A DNA stretch of 64,000 bases from the NCBI RefSeq assembly GCF_037042905.1, contig NC_087251.1:46378001-46442000 (forward strand), written 5' to 3'. This document shows, one piece after another, positions 51,708 to 64,000 of the stretch (within the stretch, counting starts at the first letter, position 1; every line of letters begins with the position of its first letter). The notes under the pieces were generated by a model. It ran no database searches and was not told the DNA's origin. It saw nothing but the letters and a program-made list of their open reading frames with translations. This DNA comes from Lytechinus pictus (Eukaryota). Position numbers and translations under genes: made by a program.

Positions 51708-52509
51708 GTGAGTAATTTACGATTTTGCTTCTGTTCAGTCCAGTGTATTCATATTTGTGTATGGTTCGAATTTGTTTGTTGTACAATCTGTGCTGTGACG
51801 TGCGTGCATTGTTGATGTTGATAAAATCTTGCTTGTATCATGTCAAATATTTATTTAGGGCAAAAAAAATTATTCGTTATTTCATGTATATCTAGGCCTA
51901 AGTCACAATTAAAATCTGCAAGTGCTTTCATTTTTTTGAAGGTAGGCCTAGACCTAAAGTTCTAAACTGTAAACAAAGCACTCACGCTTTGCATCGATTT
52001 ACGTGTAAAATAGTTTTTGTGCCTAGCAATGCGTAGTAGACCTACAGTCTTTCCCTTGTAATGTCTTTGATATGAAGGTAAATCGTGCGCCCTCTTTAGC
52101 TAATTAGACGAACAATTTGGGAAATGGAAGCAAGGTCCAAATTTTGTCAACGAGAAGAAAAATCAACCCTTAAATTATGCTATTTGAGGGCAAAATTGCT
52201 GTACAAACGCGTGGCCAAATTATTTCCAAACACCCCCTAAACGAGTTTTTCTCGCAATACGTGTGAGTGATTTGAGGGATATTCATCATATTACTATAGG
52301 GGGAATTGACTCCACATCGTTTTGTAGAAGCACTTGATTTGATTAAACCTCGCCTGAAATTCGCGGGAGTTTGTTGCAATTTTGCATGCGCCGTGCCTTC
52401 AATTTTCCTGTACACGGCGACAGTAATGCACCCATGGGCCTAAAGCTAATGTAGGTTAGGCCTAGACAGCTGGTAGCTATATTACCCAAAAATTAAGATG
52501 GGGGGAGAT

Positions 52510-53409
52510 TAGTCTTGAGGACGCAATGATGATGACTTTTTAAATAATGATATATACTTCTTCATCATTGACGTCTTGACACTCTCGTCATAGTCTCATA
52601 AGAGAAGACCCATAACAAAGATGGATTTCCCTCGGAAATCCATCTTTTTAAACATAAATGAATTTAAATTTATGAATTTTATTGATTTTTACACCTTCCA
52701 ACGCCTAATGCGTAGGAAGGTTTTAAAAATTTTCACTAGAAAAGTATAAAAAATTAAGGTTTCTTACCAGACTGATGTCGCGTAGACCCCTCGATCCACA
52801 TGTAAACAACGCAAATACAATGGCGACGACCCTTGAACCGCTTATGTATTACGTACCATTACGTACTTCCGATACGCAATGCCGTTTTGAATAACAATTT
52901 ATAGATAAAAAATATTATTTTACAAATATTAAACATTTTTACGTGATTATAAATAATTAGTTGTATTATGTCAGTTTTTTATAATCACGTAAAATTTTTT
53001 AATATTTGTAAAATAATATTTTTTATCTATAAATTGTTATTCAAACGGCATTGCGTATCAGAAGTACGTAATACATAAGCGGTTCAAGGGTCGTCACCAT
53101 TGTATTTGCGTTGTTTACATGTGGATCGAGGGGTCTACGCGACATCAGTCTGGTAAGAAACCTTAATTTTGTATACTTTTCTAGTGAAAATTTTTAAAAC
53201 CTTCCTACGCATTAGGCGTTGGAAGGTGTAAAAATCAATAAAATTCATAAATTTAAATTCATTTATGTTTAAAAAGATGGATTCCGAGGGAAATCCATCT
53301 TTGTTTTGGATCTTCTCTTATGAGACTATGACGAGAGTGTCAAGACGTCAATGATGAAGAAGTATATATCATTATTTAAAAAGTCATCATCATTGCGTCC
53401 TCAAGACTA
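52510..53409. mobile_element. 900-bp near-perfect palindromic element with TAG...CTA ends and a 9-bp TSD (AcademH- or MULE-like)
   Basis: gggggagat|tagtcttgaggacgc ... gcgtcctcaagacta|gggggagat. Confidence 0.8.
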
Positions 53410-54214
53410 GGGGGAGATGGGGTTAGTTGGAACATTTTTGACAAAAATGGCAGTAAAATCCAAATAGATTTTATTTGAGAAACAATGTATCAGCTTGAAG
53501 CATATATCTAAGGGCAGGGTGCGACATAAGCACTTGCCCGATTGCCCGGGGCAAGTAAAAGTTAGAGTCGGGCAAGTGTTTTGAAGTAAAAACAAAAACT
53601 GCTTGCCCGAATCGGGCAAGCAAAATTCTCACTGTGAAATGAAATTTTACAAAGTTTTCCCATATTTCACAAGAAAAAATACAGAAAAGATAGAGAAAAA
53701 ACAAAGTTAACAACTTCCCTCAATTCATATTGCGAGCCGATTTGCGCTATTTTCTTAGATCTACACACAAAGACACACACACACAAAGTCAGCATAGAAA
53801 CATGTACTATAGCTGGTGCACGTGGCCGGGCCTTCCTCCTGTGTGTGGCAGGCATGAAGGCAGGACCTGTACATCCCCGATCAATCAGAGCGAACAATCT
53901 CACATGAAAAATAGTTTTTCCACCAAAATAATCACAAATCGGCAGGATTTTTTTAGAATTAGATAAATGGATTTTCAGATTACTGATTTGGTGATGTGAT
54001 CGGAGGAGCAAGTAATCGAGTTTTCATAACTAGTTGTTTCAGCTTTCGTTTTAAGTCTTGTGATTAGTGCAAACTTGTAGCTATGTGTGTGTGATGCTTG
54101 ATGATTCATCTAATTTTTTTAGTTTGACATTGTAGGCCTGGACATTGTCTTGCTTTGAAATATTATTATTTATTCTAAAACATTTAATTTTCTAACAATT
54201 TTAAAGATATATTG

Positions 54215-56088
54215 CAAGGCTCGACATTAGCGGTGGCCCGGTGGCCCGGGGCCACCAAAAATTCACCTCGGGCAACCATTATTGATAAAATGTTAAGTTT
54301 TGGTGGCCCGAATCGGGCAACCAATAATTTTCAAAGTAGCGCAATTTTTCTCCCAATTTTGCACACATTTATCAACTTTCTACAGCTCAAATTGCAAGCC
54401 AGATCGTCATGCGCCTTTTTTGTTGATCTACACACAAATACACACACACACAGTTTGCATATTAGGCCTACAGCTATAGCATACAGTAGCTATTATCCAG
54501 CCAGCCGCGCCAGCCGGCTGGCGTGAGCTTTGCATGAAGCCACTGCATACAGCTGTGCTCTAGATCTAGCTCAGCCTATTCAGACTCAGGGAGCTGCGAT
54601 AAAAAATGTTGCTGCTGAGAAATCTTCCACAGAACTTTGAAAATCTAAGTCAAAGTCACCTTTTACACCAATGAAATGAAATTCTACAGTCTATATTACG
54701 AAAATCTGGTGTACCCTGATTATTTGCAAGTATTAAGAAGAGGAATTATGACCTCTCTTTTGACTCAAAAAGACCGATTTCCACATGAATTAATACACAT
54801 AAAAACACATAGGCAAGTACATCACAGTCCCACGTGTGCATTTGTTTGTATGTAGATACTTGGTTTCTTTCGAAGCTGTGTATTTTCTAGCCTTAAACAA
54901 ACAGACAGTTTCTTTCTTTCTTGTTTATAAATGACTTCTTAAACCACTCTTGAGAAAGTAAATACTTTGGGAAGGCATTTCATTGATATGAAATGTGATT
55001 TTTTTTCCAACATTTTGGCAAATATAGGGAAGGACTTTTCTCACACTTTTTTTCCAATATAGTTTTTGCCGTTTTCTTTTTTTTTTCTTTCATTTTTTTG
55101 GACAGTGGTTAAACCATTTATACCCCTTCCCATTGAATATGCCTGATTAAAAAATATGTTTCTACTGAAAATAAAATAATACAAACTAAAGGATATAAAA
55201 ATAGAAATGTGCCATTCCCAAAAGGTAAGTGAAAATGATATGCTTGGCTTTTAATTATATTCCAGTCAGAATAGACTGTTGCCACAGCTGTTAAAAATAT
55301 ATGTAATGGCTTCTTAATTTTCCCCTTTTCCCCATTTTTATATTAACTTTGTTTTATTAATTTTTCTTTAATTTTCTTTTCTTTTTTCTCTCTAATTTTT
55401 TTCTTTTCTTTTTTTCTTTTTTCCCTGTTCTTTGTTTTTTTCTTTCTTCATTTTCTTTCTTTTGTTTTATTTCACTAATTCCTTTTATTATTTTTGTTTT
55501 CTTTTTGTTATATACTTTTTGAAAATTATTTTCGTTTGTTTCTCCCTTTTATGCATTGTTCTAATTTTGCAGCATATTTTTCTGTGATTTTCTCCTTCTA
55601 TATGCTGCAAAAGAGAAAACAGAAATAAACTGGATTTGGGGCATGCATAATCTAGGTTTTAGGATTCAAAGAGGAAGGAAGGAAAAACCATTGTTTTGTA
55701 CATCTATCTGAGTTTGCTATGCACTATTTATTTACTTTACCATTATCTCTATACAGAGATTTTTAAAAAAGTCCACACAACCTGCGAACAATACAATTCA
55801 TTTATTCACTTTCAATCATTTCATTTTTACAACGATAGAAACAATTATCAATTAGCAAAGTAAAATAACAGCAAACAAGGTTTACATACAAGAATGTATA
55901 AAGTGAAAGGAACTTAGTGGTAGTGGCTGCAGAATTAATATTTCAGAAGTTTGTTTTATTCATTTTTAATGTTTTTCTTTATATTTTTCGGGCCACCAAA
56001 CTTTAATATCGGGCCACCAAAAAAAATTATTTGATGGTTTTGGTGGCCCGAACGGGCCACCACCAAAAAAAGTTAATGTGGAGCCTTG
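54215..56088. mobile_element. Second P-like element nested inside 53515-57786
   Basis: tatattg|caaggctcgacatta ... taatgtggagccttg|tatattg. Confidence 0.8.
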
Positions 56089-56149
56089 TATATTGAAAAA
56101 AAAAACCAAATATCAGTAAGATATTTGTTAAATAGATGATTGGATTTTT

Positions 56150-57440
56150 TTGTTTGATCTTTGAACTTTCTTCCTCTTTACTTCCTTCCTTTCTGTCCTT
56201 TTTCTTTTCTATCCTTTCTTCAATCCTTCCTGCTGGCCTTTTTTGTTCCATCTTTCTTCATTTTCACTCTTTCCTAGCTTTTTTTCCTGATCCTTTCTCT
56301 CTCTTTCTATTCATTTTTCTTTCTTTCCTTTTCTTAATTTCCTTCTTTCTTTCCTGAAAATATTCTTTGCTCCCTCCCTCTTTTTGTTCTTTCTTTCTGT
56401 CATTCCTTCTTCCATTCTTTTGTTTCTTCCATTCTCTCTTCGCTTCATTCTTTTTTCCTTTTCTTTTCCCTTATTCTTTCCTTCCTGATTTTTCTCTGAT
56501 TTTTTTTCTTTCCATTTCTTCTATCCTTCCTGAACTCCTTTTTTATTCCATCTATCTTTATGTCCTATAATTTCCTAGCTTTCCTTCCTTTCTTTAAGTC
56601 TGTGTCCATTTTTTTGCTTCATTCTTTTGTTCTAATGCCCCTCTTTGGTTTTTCTTTCTTTCCTTCTTTTTCTTACTCTCCTTTTTTTTATTTCCTTCTT
56701 TTTAATTTCCTTCATCCTTTCTTTCCTTTTTATTTTTATTCTCTCTTTCCTTCTAATTTTTCTTCCAGTATTTTCTTTCTTTTTCCTCCTTCTCTCTTCC
56801 CTTCATTCTTTCCTTCCTCTATTTCATTCTTTATTTTCTCCTTTCCTTCTTTCTTTTCCCTTCTTATTTCTTTCCTTCAATGCTATTTCCTTCCTCCCTT
56901 CATGTTTTTTTTAATTCTTTCTTCCAAAGAATGAAGGAAACCTTTTTTTCTTCATTCTTTCATCCTCCTTTTTTTCTTAACTTTCTTTTTTTTCTCCTTT
57001 TTTCACACATTAATTAATCTTCCATTTCTTTTCCTTTCTTGTTTTTTCTACAGTATATCTATAAGGATAAAGGATTTTTTCTTTCCTTGTTTTTTCTATA
57101 TCTAAAAGAATAAAGGATTTTTTTCCTTTCTTGTTTTTTTCTTTATCTAAAAGAATAAAGGACTTTTCTTTCCTTTATTCTTTCTTTCATCCTCATTTTA
57201 TTATTTCTTTTCATTTTTTCTTGTTTCTTTCATTTTCTTTACTTCAATTTTCCTTCTTTCTTCTTCATTCTCCTTTCTTTCCTTTTTTCTCTCTCCTTCA
57301 TTCTTTCTTTCACCCATTTGTTCACCCTCCCTGTCTTTCCTTTTTTCTTCCTTTGTCATTTTCTTCTTTCTCTCTCTCTTTTTCTTTCTTTCTTTCTTTC
57401 TTTCATTCTTTCTTCTTTCCTTCTTTCTTCATTCTTTAGT
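56150..57440. repeat. Polypyrimidine (CT-rich) low-complexity tract
   Basis: Read directly; accounts for the F/S/L-rich spurious ORFs. Confidence 0.9.
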
Positions 57441-57919
57441 TATTTTCAGTGATTCCCTTTTTTATTTTGTGCCTTGGTCATATACAAAAGTACATAAAAA
57501 ATAGGATAGAGGAAATTAATAAAATGGCATATTGACACTAATTTCAGTCATGGCAGGCAAGATAAATCATTTTGAAAAAAACCCCAAATATTACACATAC
57601 AAGGTACGCAGGCCAGTTCATGTTTAAATGAGAGGAAAAAGCAATGGTATATAAAACCGCACTATCTTTTGAAGCAGTAAAACATTTTGAACGATTTTTT
57701 CGGGCAAGTGAAATATATTTTCCAGCTATTTAGGAATTCACTTGCCCGATAGGGCAAGTGCTTCAAAAAAGTTATGTAGCACCCTGCTAAGGGCTTCAAA
57801 TGTACCCCATAAAATTTCTATCTCTATGATGGTTACTGAAAAAAATCCACCTTGAACAAGACCATCGCAAGCATTCCAACGTACCCCATATACGGGGTAA
57901 GTTGGAACATGGTATGGGG

Positions 57920-58443
57920 TAGCCTAGAGGACTCAGTGATCATATTTTTTATGATTTTGATATTGTCATTTAATCACTGAGCCTAGACAAGGCAGGATAT
58001 GCCAGTGTGGAGAAGATCGTAGTCCAGAAGGGAATTCCCTTCATATTTTACATTAGAACTAGTGGTCCATATATAGACCAAAATTTTATTGAATTGCATA
58101 CCTTTATTACACCTAATGCGTATAAAGGTATGATAGTTTTCCCCCCAAAATAAGAAAAATTAGAGATTTCTTACCAGACCGATGTCATGTATCCATATTG
58201 TAAACACTGCGAGTCAATAGGCTTGTCCCTTGAACCCGCTCTGATATGACATATGTAGCTTCGATGAGCTGTATTACCAAGTGCCATTTTGAAGAAAAAT
58301 TAATAGATTAAAATTTTTTTTATCAAATAATAATATTTAAATATCGATTGTAAATAGTTATTATTACAATAATAAATATTAACAATCAATATTTATTTTT
58401 TTTATTTAATAAAAAACATTTGATCACTGAGTCCTCTAGGCTA
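57920..58443. mobile_element. TAG...CTA MITE related to 52510-53409
   Basis: gtatgggg|tagcctagaggactcagtgatca ... tgatcactgagtcctctaggcta|gtatgggg; shares tttcttaccagac.gatgtc and cctaatgcgta with 52510-53409. Confidence 0.8.
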
Positions 58444-58656
58444 GTATGGGGTAAGTTGGAACACTGCATGGTCAATTAAGAATTATACTAAAACTACTTA
58501 AAACTGTAATGTTACATGGTTTTAGCCTAATTGCTTAATTTTTTTCAAGTTCAAAATATTAAAAGTGTGGATTTGTTGAACTTTATATTTTCTATTATAC
58601 AGCCTCTCACGCAAGCCGACTGTAGTAGAATTCCGCGTATTTGTGAGCGTATGATT

Positions 58657-59054
58657 CCCGGGGGGGGGGGGGCAGTCAAATATATTGCTGTACACACGTG
58701 TGACAAAAAACGTGTTTAAAGGGGTGTTTTTTCAGTTTTGGACGCGGGCCGCTCGTGCACTCGTTAAGGGTATCAAAAACACTGATTTTAAAAAAAAGGG
58801 GTAGTTTGAAAAACTGGTCAATGGTCAATCGCAAGGTCAAACGTATTTAGGGTATTTTTTTTTTCAAAGCTTTTTCACTGGGGTCATATTCTGGTGACAA
58901 CTTGTTTAGGGGCCAAAATGTGTAAATGAAGCCTGCCCAAAAAACTTGTTTAGGGTTTTTTTTGCACACATAAAAACTTGTTTAGGGGGATGTTTGGAAA
59001 TAATTTGGCCATGCGTTTGTACAGCAATACATTTGACTGCCCCCCCCCCCCCCG
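58657..59054. mobile_element. MITE with poly-G/poly-C TIRs
   Basis: cggg(n)cagtcaaatatattgctgtaca / tgtacagcaatacatttgactgc(n)g. Confidence 0.7.
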
Positions 59055-59079
59055 TTATGATTTTACATGCAATTAAGTG

Positions 59080-59932
59080 TAGGCCCGTTTTGAAAGTCCA
59101 TTTTTGATGCACGTGTACACGGCGTGTTTTTCGGTCGTGTACACGTTGTAAACACTGTGAGAGCGAGTTATGTTTTCATGTCGACATGGACCCGCATCGA
59201 CATGTCAATGTAGCATAAAAAGGGGTCTATATAGCCTAAGTCACAATTTTAAAGCTTACCTGAGAAGTTAGAAGTATCAATCCACAAAAATTGTTGCAAT
59301 TAAAAAGTTTACTCAGCTTAGCAGCGCATTAAATTAATAAAGAATGCAAAAGAAAATCAGTGCAGGGCCCTAGCTAGCGCCGACGTTCGTTGGATACGCA
59401 TTTTGTATACTGTACCGTACGTGCATGCACAGATCGCTGCAGAATTAAGTGAACTGAAGTTATCAATTGATTTTCATTATTTTATTGCCAATTTGAGGAG
59501 CGTTTGTTCGTAGGCTTGTAGCACATGTGTACGAGCATATAACACGTAAGTTGTAGCAATGATCGCTGTCGCAATTGTTGATTCTCAAATTGGCTCTGAG
59601 TGTGATTGAGCAACGCTTTCGAGCTTTCGAGACCGGAGCAGACCCATTTCGTGGTACAAAAACTTGAGTCTCCAGAATAAATGTGGAATTAAATCGGCGA
59701 TTTTGGAAGTAAACTCACTCTAGGTTTTAATATATTGACATATTAGTGATTAAAAAATGTGCAGTGTCTGAGAACTAAGGTTTAATGTGAGGCTGTGAGC
59801 TTGTTCACTGACTTTACAGTCCCATGCAAGCTTTATGCAGATGCTACTGTGTACACGGTGATGGAATTTAGTACACGTGCACTGACTTGACCGTGCGTGT
59901 ACACGTGTACACGTATACCCGAAACGGGCCTA
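59080..59932. mobile_element. hAT-like non-autonomous element with an 8-bp TSD
   Basis: attaagtg|taggcccgttt ... aaacgggccta|attaagtg; subterminal CGTGTACACG repeats. Confidence 0.75.
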
Positions 59933-62231
59933 ATTAAGTGTACTAACTACTATCAGCAATTCCATGTACTTCTGCATCAAATTCACAAGACAAAAATTAA
60001 TATTTTAGTTAATTATGCAAATAAGTATATGAAATTTGCCCTAAATTTTTTTTTGTATGTTTTTGCCTTTAACTCTATTTATTAAGCTAGTAGAATGCTA
60101 ACTTTTGGTGAGTATCAATTTTTACATTTACAACAAATATCCACAAAAAATTGCAAAAAATATTATTTCTTATGTATTTTTTGTTTTTTAAATTTGTATA
60201 ATTTTTCTTTGTTTTTTATTGTTTTTTTCCCGATGAACTTTGTCGGGGACTCTTTTGCGCTCATAAATAGCATAAAATAAATCCATTTGAATCAACAAAA
60301 GTAAAAATAATCATACTTTTTTTTTGAAAAACACAATTTGCATCTGACCTTATACATGGAATCACGTTTTTGAGCAATTTTGGGTCTGACATGCACGTAC
60401 AAAATGTTGCGTAATTTTGAAATCGCGCACCCAGGCATCGCAAATTTGGTCTCAAATGATGCGCAAGACTTGAAAGTAAAAAGTCAGCTAGCGTTGCAGT
60501 CAAAAAAATTTGTGCGACGGCGTAGTGAAGAAATTTCTCGAGGGGGGGGGGGGGGCTCAAATTGACCCCCCCCCCCAGTTTGATAAGGGTTAATATTGCA
60601 TTAGGGGCCTACAATAGGCCTTAAATGCACACTCAGACCTAACTGAGAAACAAAACAAGCATGGTATACAATACATGTTCAGAAGAGTGTGAAATACTGT
60701 ATATACATTTTTTTATATCCAATGTTTTATTCATAATTATGTTTGGGGCTTGTAGGAACATGTTTCAACTAGCCCCTTCAATTTTGTTCCAACTAACCAC
60801 CGAGGCCCATTTGACATTTATAAGCTTACAGCACAAAAGGGGACTTCACCATGGCAGATTAATAACCTCATTTTGTAGCTTGGTACAAGTGTCTATTAAT
60901 AATAATAATAATAACGGTTATTTATATGCGCTATACACAAAAAAGTACCACAGCACTTACAATTGTCAGAAATAAAATATAAATATAAATCTAGTTAAGT
61001 AACAAAAAGAGTATAGAATTGTATACATTAAATTGCAGCAACTATTAGTGTTCTCAACTGCGCCAGATGAGGCCTGGTGGGCTCTTGCTTGCTGCTTCGT
61101 TCACCAACAATAAGGGACAAGCCCGGTCAGCACATCATTCACAGAAGCTCTAGTATAGCACTTGAGGCCACCAGGCCCCAAACTGGCCAACTTGATCTAT
61201 AAACTTCTCTGAGATGATAAAACATTTCTGAAAGAGAAAAAAATTACTCAGAAGGTGAAAAAACAAAAATTCCTTTCTAACTTCACCAAGCTTGTTGCAC
61301 ATGTGTAGTCTGTAATATGGTGGATGGCTGTTGATAATGGCAATAAATTGAGGGCAGTATTGCAGAAATTTATTTAAAGGCGTTATGAAAATTACAATGT
61401 TTCAACTTACCCCGCGTTCCAACTAACCCCAATCTCCCCTAATAATAAATATTGGCGAATGATACATCAAATGAAAGGTCTTTGCACTAGAAATGCAATA
61501 AAAAAATTAAGAAAATTCTGCCATTCGTTAAGGAGTTATGGGTAATAAAAGACTAATTTTTTAAACCCATTCTGCCGCATAATGTGATGCCTCAAAATTT
61601 TTTGCGATAAACTTTTTATGTTTGAAAATTGCTCCACGCCATTCCAAGAATATTTTCCCTCAAGTCTTGTGCAACTTTTGAGTCCAAATTTACGATGTGG
61701 GTATGCGGTTTTAAAATTACACAACATTTAGTAGTGCATGTCAGCCCCCAAAATGCTGAAATACGTGATTTAATTTTCAAAAGCGAAAAAATATGTGAGA
61801 AAACGTCTTTGGTATCAGTTGTTTTTGAAGAAAAGTTGTTAGAAATGCCATGAAGAATATGTACAGCAAAAATTAGCTTTAATTACTGAATTATAAGAGA
61901 TGATTTTATGAATAAATTAGCACCGTAAGCTGGGGTGGCCTTGGACAAATTTTAACTATTTATATCAATATCTTCATTATGAACAGAGGAATTCTTGGGG
62001 TAATGTGGGAGCTAGCAAGTACCAATAAAGAGGACATCATGTTATACAGAATTCCCTGCTGTTAATATTATTTCATGATTGTTTTTTTTGTCAAAGTTTG
62101 TCCAAAGTGACCCCGGAGTTTAGGGTCACTTTGGACAACCATAAATATCCCCATGCATTATCACATGTATAGCATTGTAAACAATGGCAAGTTTTTCCAG
62201 TCTTCTCAAAATATATTTCTCTTTTTTTAAT

Positions 62232-62800
62232 AAATAATAATGTGATTTGTAATGCTCCAAATCCACTCGGCAGAGTGCCCAAGGCACAGTGAAAGAAAGA
62301 AAGAAGGAAAGAAAGAGAAACATACAAATATAATAGATTCAAGAACAATTAAGAGTAAGAAGCGTTGAATAGACGTGTCTTAAGGTAACGTTTAAATGTG
62401 TTAATGGAATTACATTCACGGACAACTAGGGGGAGATCATTCCAGAGAACATGGCCAGCGTGAGCAAAAGCCCAAACCCCCATGTTTTAACGGATTTGGG
62501 AATAACTAGGGAACCAGAGTTGGATGAACGTAGGGACCTGACAGGAGTTTATTTGTTAATTACATTTATGTTGTACTGTGGAGCAGAGCCGTTAATTGCA
62601 TGTAATACAAGGAGAAGGATTTTGAAGATGATGCGATTGTTGACCTTTAACCAATGAAGAGATTTCAGAATGGATGTGATATGAACATGTTTTTTGATAG
62701 GGTGACCATACGTGCTGCAGCGTTCTAGAGCTTTTGGAATTAAGACAACTGGGTGTTGGGTAAATTGTAAAGCAAGGCATTCCCGAAATCAAGTCGTAAA
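62232..62800 (-). mobile_element. 3' fragment of an L2-clade LINE
   Basis: Minus strand reads NAAARMV..HITSILKSLHWLKVNNRIIFKILLL and AFAHAGHVLWNDLP...FKRYLKTRLFN. Confidence 0.85.
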
Positions 62801-63224
62801 GAAGAAGAATAGATATTTGTTTAAAAATGAAATCAATATTGTATAAATGTTGGAAATGAAGTTCTAGCCCATTATATGATTTAGGGCTAGATCTTTTACA
62901 GGGAATGTAGAAATCTCGGGGGCGAAAATTGCAATGTTGACCGCGGTATACGCACATGAATGGGGCACAATCTCTGGCTCCGTGGAGAGTGAGCACACGT
63001 TGGTGAATGATTTTTACTCTCTAGGAGCCTCCTGGCTACATATACATGTATGTGTGGGCAAATAAGGTTGGCAATGTTTAGCTTATTTTCTCTTGTTCTT
63101 GGGGACAAATGCCATTACAGCTATTCATCACATATAACTTGGCTCGTAAGTAAATTATATTCTTTTAATTTTTTTCTGAATGAGAAATAGAGATTCAAAC
63201 ATGTCAATTTTATTTTCTACCAAT

Positions 63225-63435
63225 ATTGATTGATTCGGATTTTTTACCTGATTGCTAAGAAAGCATGAATGCTTGTAAGCAAGCAACCAGAGGACCGACG
63301 GCTTAAGGTCCTCTCCAAAGGACCTGGTAATGAAGATTAATGCCTTACCAAAGGGCACTAGCGCACCAAGTGGGAATCGAACCCGGGTCAGCTAAATACG
63401 AATCCCTCGCTCTACCGACTGAGCTATCGCGCCTC
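63225..63435 (-). mobile_element. tRNA-derived SINE with intact A and B boxes
   Basis: GGCGCGATAGCTCAGTCGGTAGAGCG...GGTTCGATTCCC, then body gtgccctttggtaaggcatt and an (AATC)n tail. Confidence 0.8.
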
Positions 63436-64000
63436 TTTATAATAGAGGTTGTACACAAATTTATGCTCAAAATTGAAGTTTTTGAGCGCTCTTGTGAATA
63501 AAAAAATATTCAGAAGTTACTAATGAAAAATAAATTGCAAGTGTGCGAAAATTAGTACCATATTTCGGGTTACAAATGTAGTGATTAAAATGTGTGCTGT
63601 GTTATGCATAGGGGTACAATGTAGATTCCCCACAGGCAGGGTGGTTGCAGCAAACAGGTGGTTGAGTGTTGACTTTTGTTTATTTTTAACAGAATAAACA
63701 TGCTGATGATTGATATGATATAGTTTTCAATTCATATCTGGGGCCCGTTTCATAAAGTTCACATTTCCAATTCAATCGGCCGAGATGTCCAATATTTGGG
63801 AGAGTGCCATATTTGGAAGGGTTTGGCGATAGATCGAACTTGTGCAATCTCGGTGGCAATATTTCTGGTGAAATTCAGTTCCCCCTTACGAGATTTTTTT
63901 TGTTCATCAATCTTTTGGAGTCTAAAATTAGCAAGGGTCATAAGAATCTTTGTAAGTCCAAATCATGTATTCGTTGAAAGAAAGAGACGCTCTATTCAAC

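Larger units (their letters stand above)
53515..57786. mobile_element. P-element-like non-autonomous element with a 7-bp TSD
   Basis: ctaaggg|cagggtgcgacataa ... ttatgtagcaccctg|ctaaggg. Confidence 0.8.
52501..61439. mobile_element. Host TIR element fragmented by at least five insertions
   Basis: Left end ggggagat..ggggttagttggaac, right end gttccaactaaccccaatctcccc; GGGGTWAGTTGGAAC motifs recur in the pieces between insertions. Confidence 0.6.

Noticed and set aside
51796..51803. TGACGTGC as a UPRE/XBP1 site for SYVN1
   Set aside because: A single imperfect short match that could occur by chance; needs conservation data
56136..57439. Phe/Ser/Leu-rich ORFs resembling membrane proteins
   Set aside because: Translation of a CT-rich low-complexity tract
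63362..63433. tRNA gene on the minus strand
   Set aside because: D and T arms are present, but the anticodon and acceptor stems do not pair, and a SINE body and tail follow

Overview
AT-rich, intron-rich animal genomic DNA (repeat content suggests a marine invertebrate such as an echinoderm; this is inference). The main gene is a complete + strand M28B metallopeptidase of the glutamate carboxypeptidase II / NAALADase family (10956-36956). I reconstructed it by hand as 17 coding exons giving 782 aa, with GT-AG sites and consistent phases throughout. Its fifth coding exon is present as two tandem 193-nt paralogues (20709-20901 and 21291-21483). Both are intact, diverge mostly at synonymous sites, and cannot be spliced together in frame, so they look like mutually exclusive exons that swap a loop beside the S1' substrate pocket. 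The first coding exon of SYVN1/HRD1 lies at 51579-51707, and the rest of that gene is outside the window. The remainder is dense in non-autonomous transposons: Helentron/DINE-like elements carrying AGGTCA-rich satellite arrays, Kolobok-, Harbinger-, Tc1- and P-like MITEs, a 3.3-kb near-perfect foldback with IS3EU-like ends, LINE and SINE fragments, and a multi-level nest in the SYVN1 intron. All coordinates were read by eye, and TE superfamily calls rest on termini and target-site duplications (TSDs) only.
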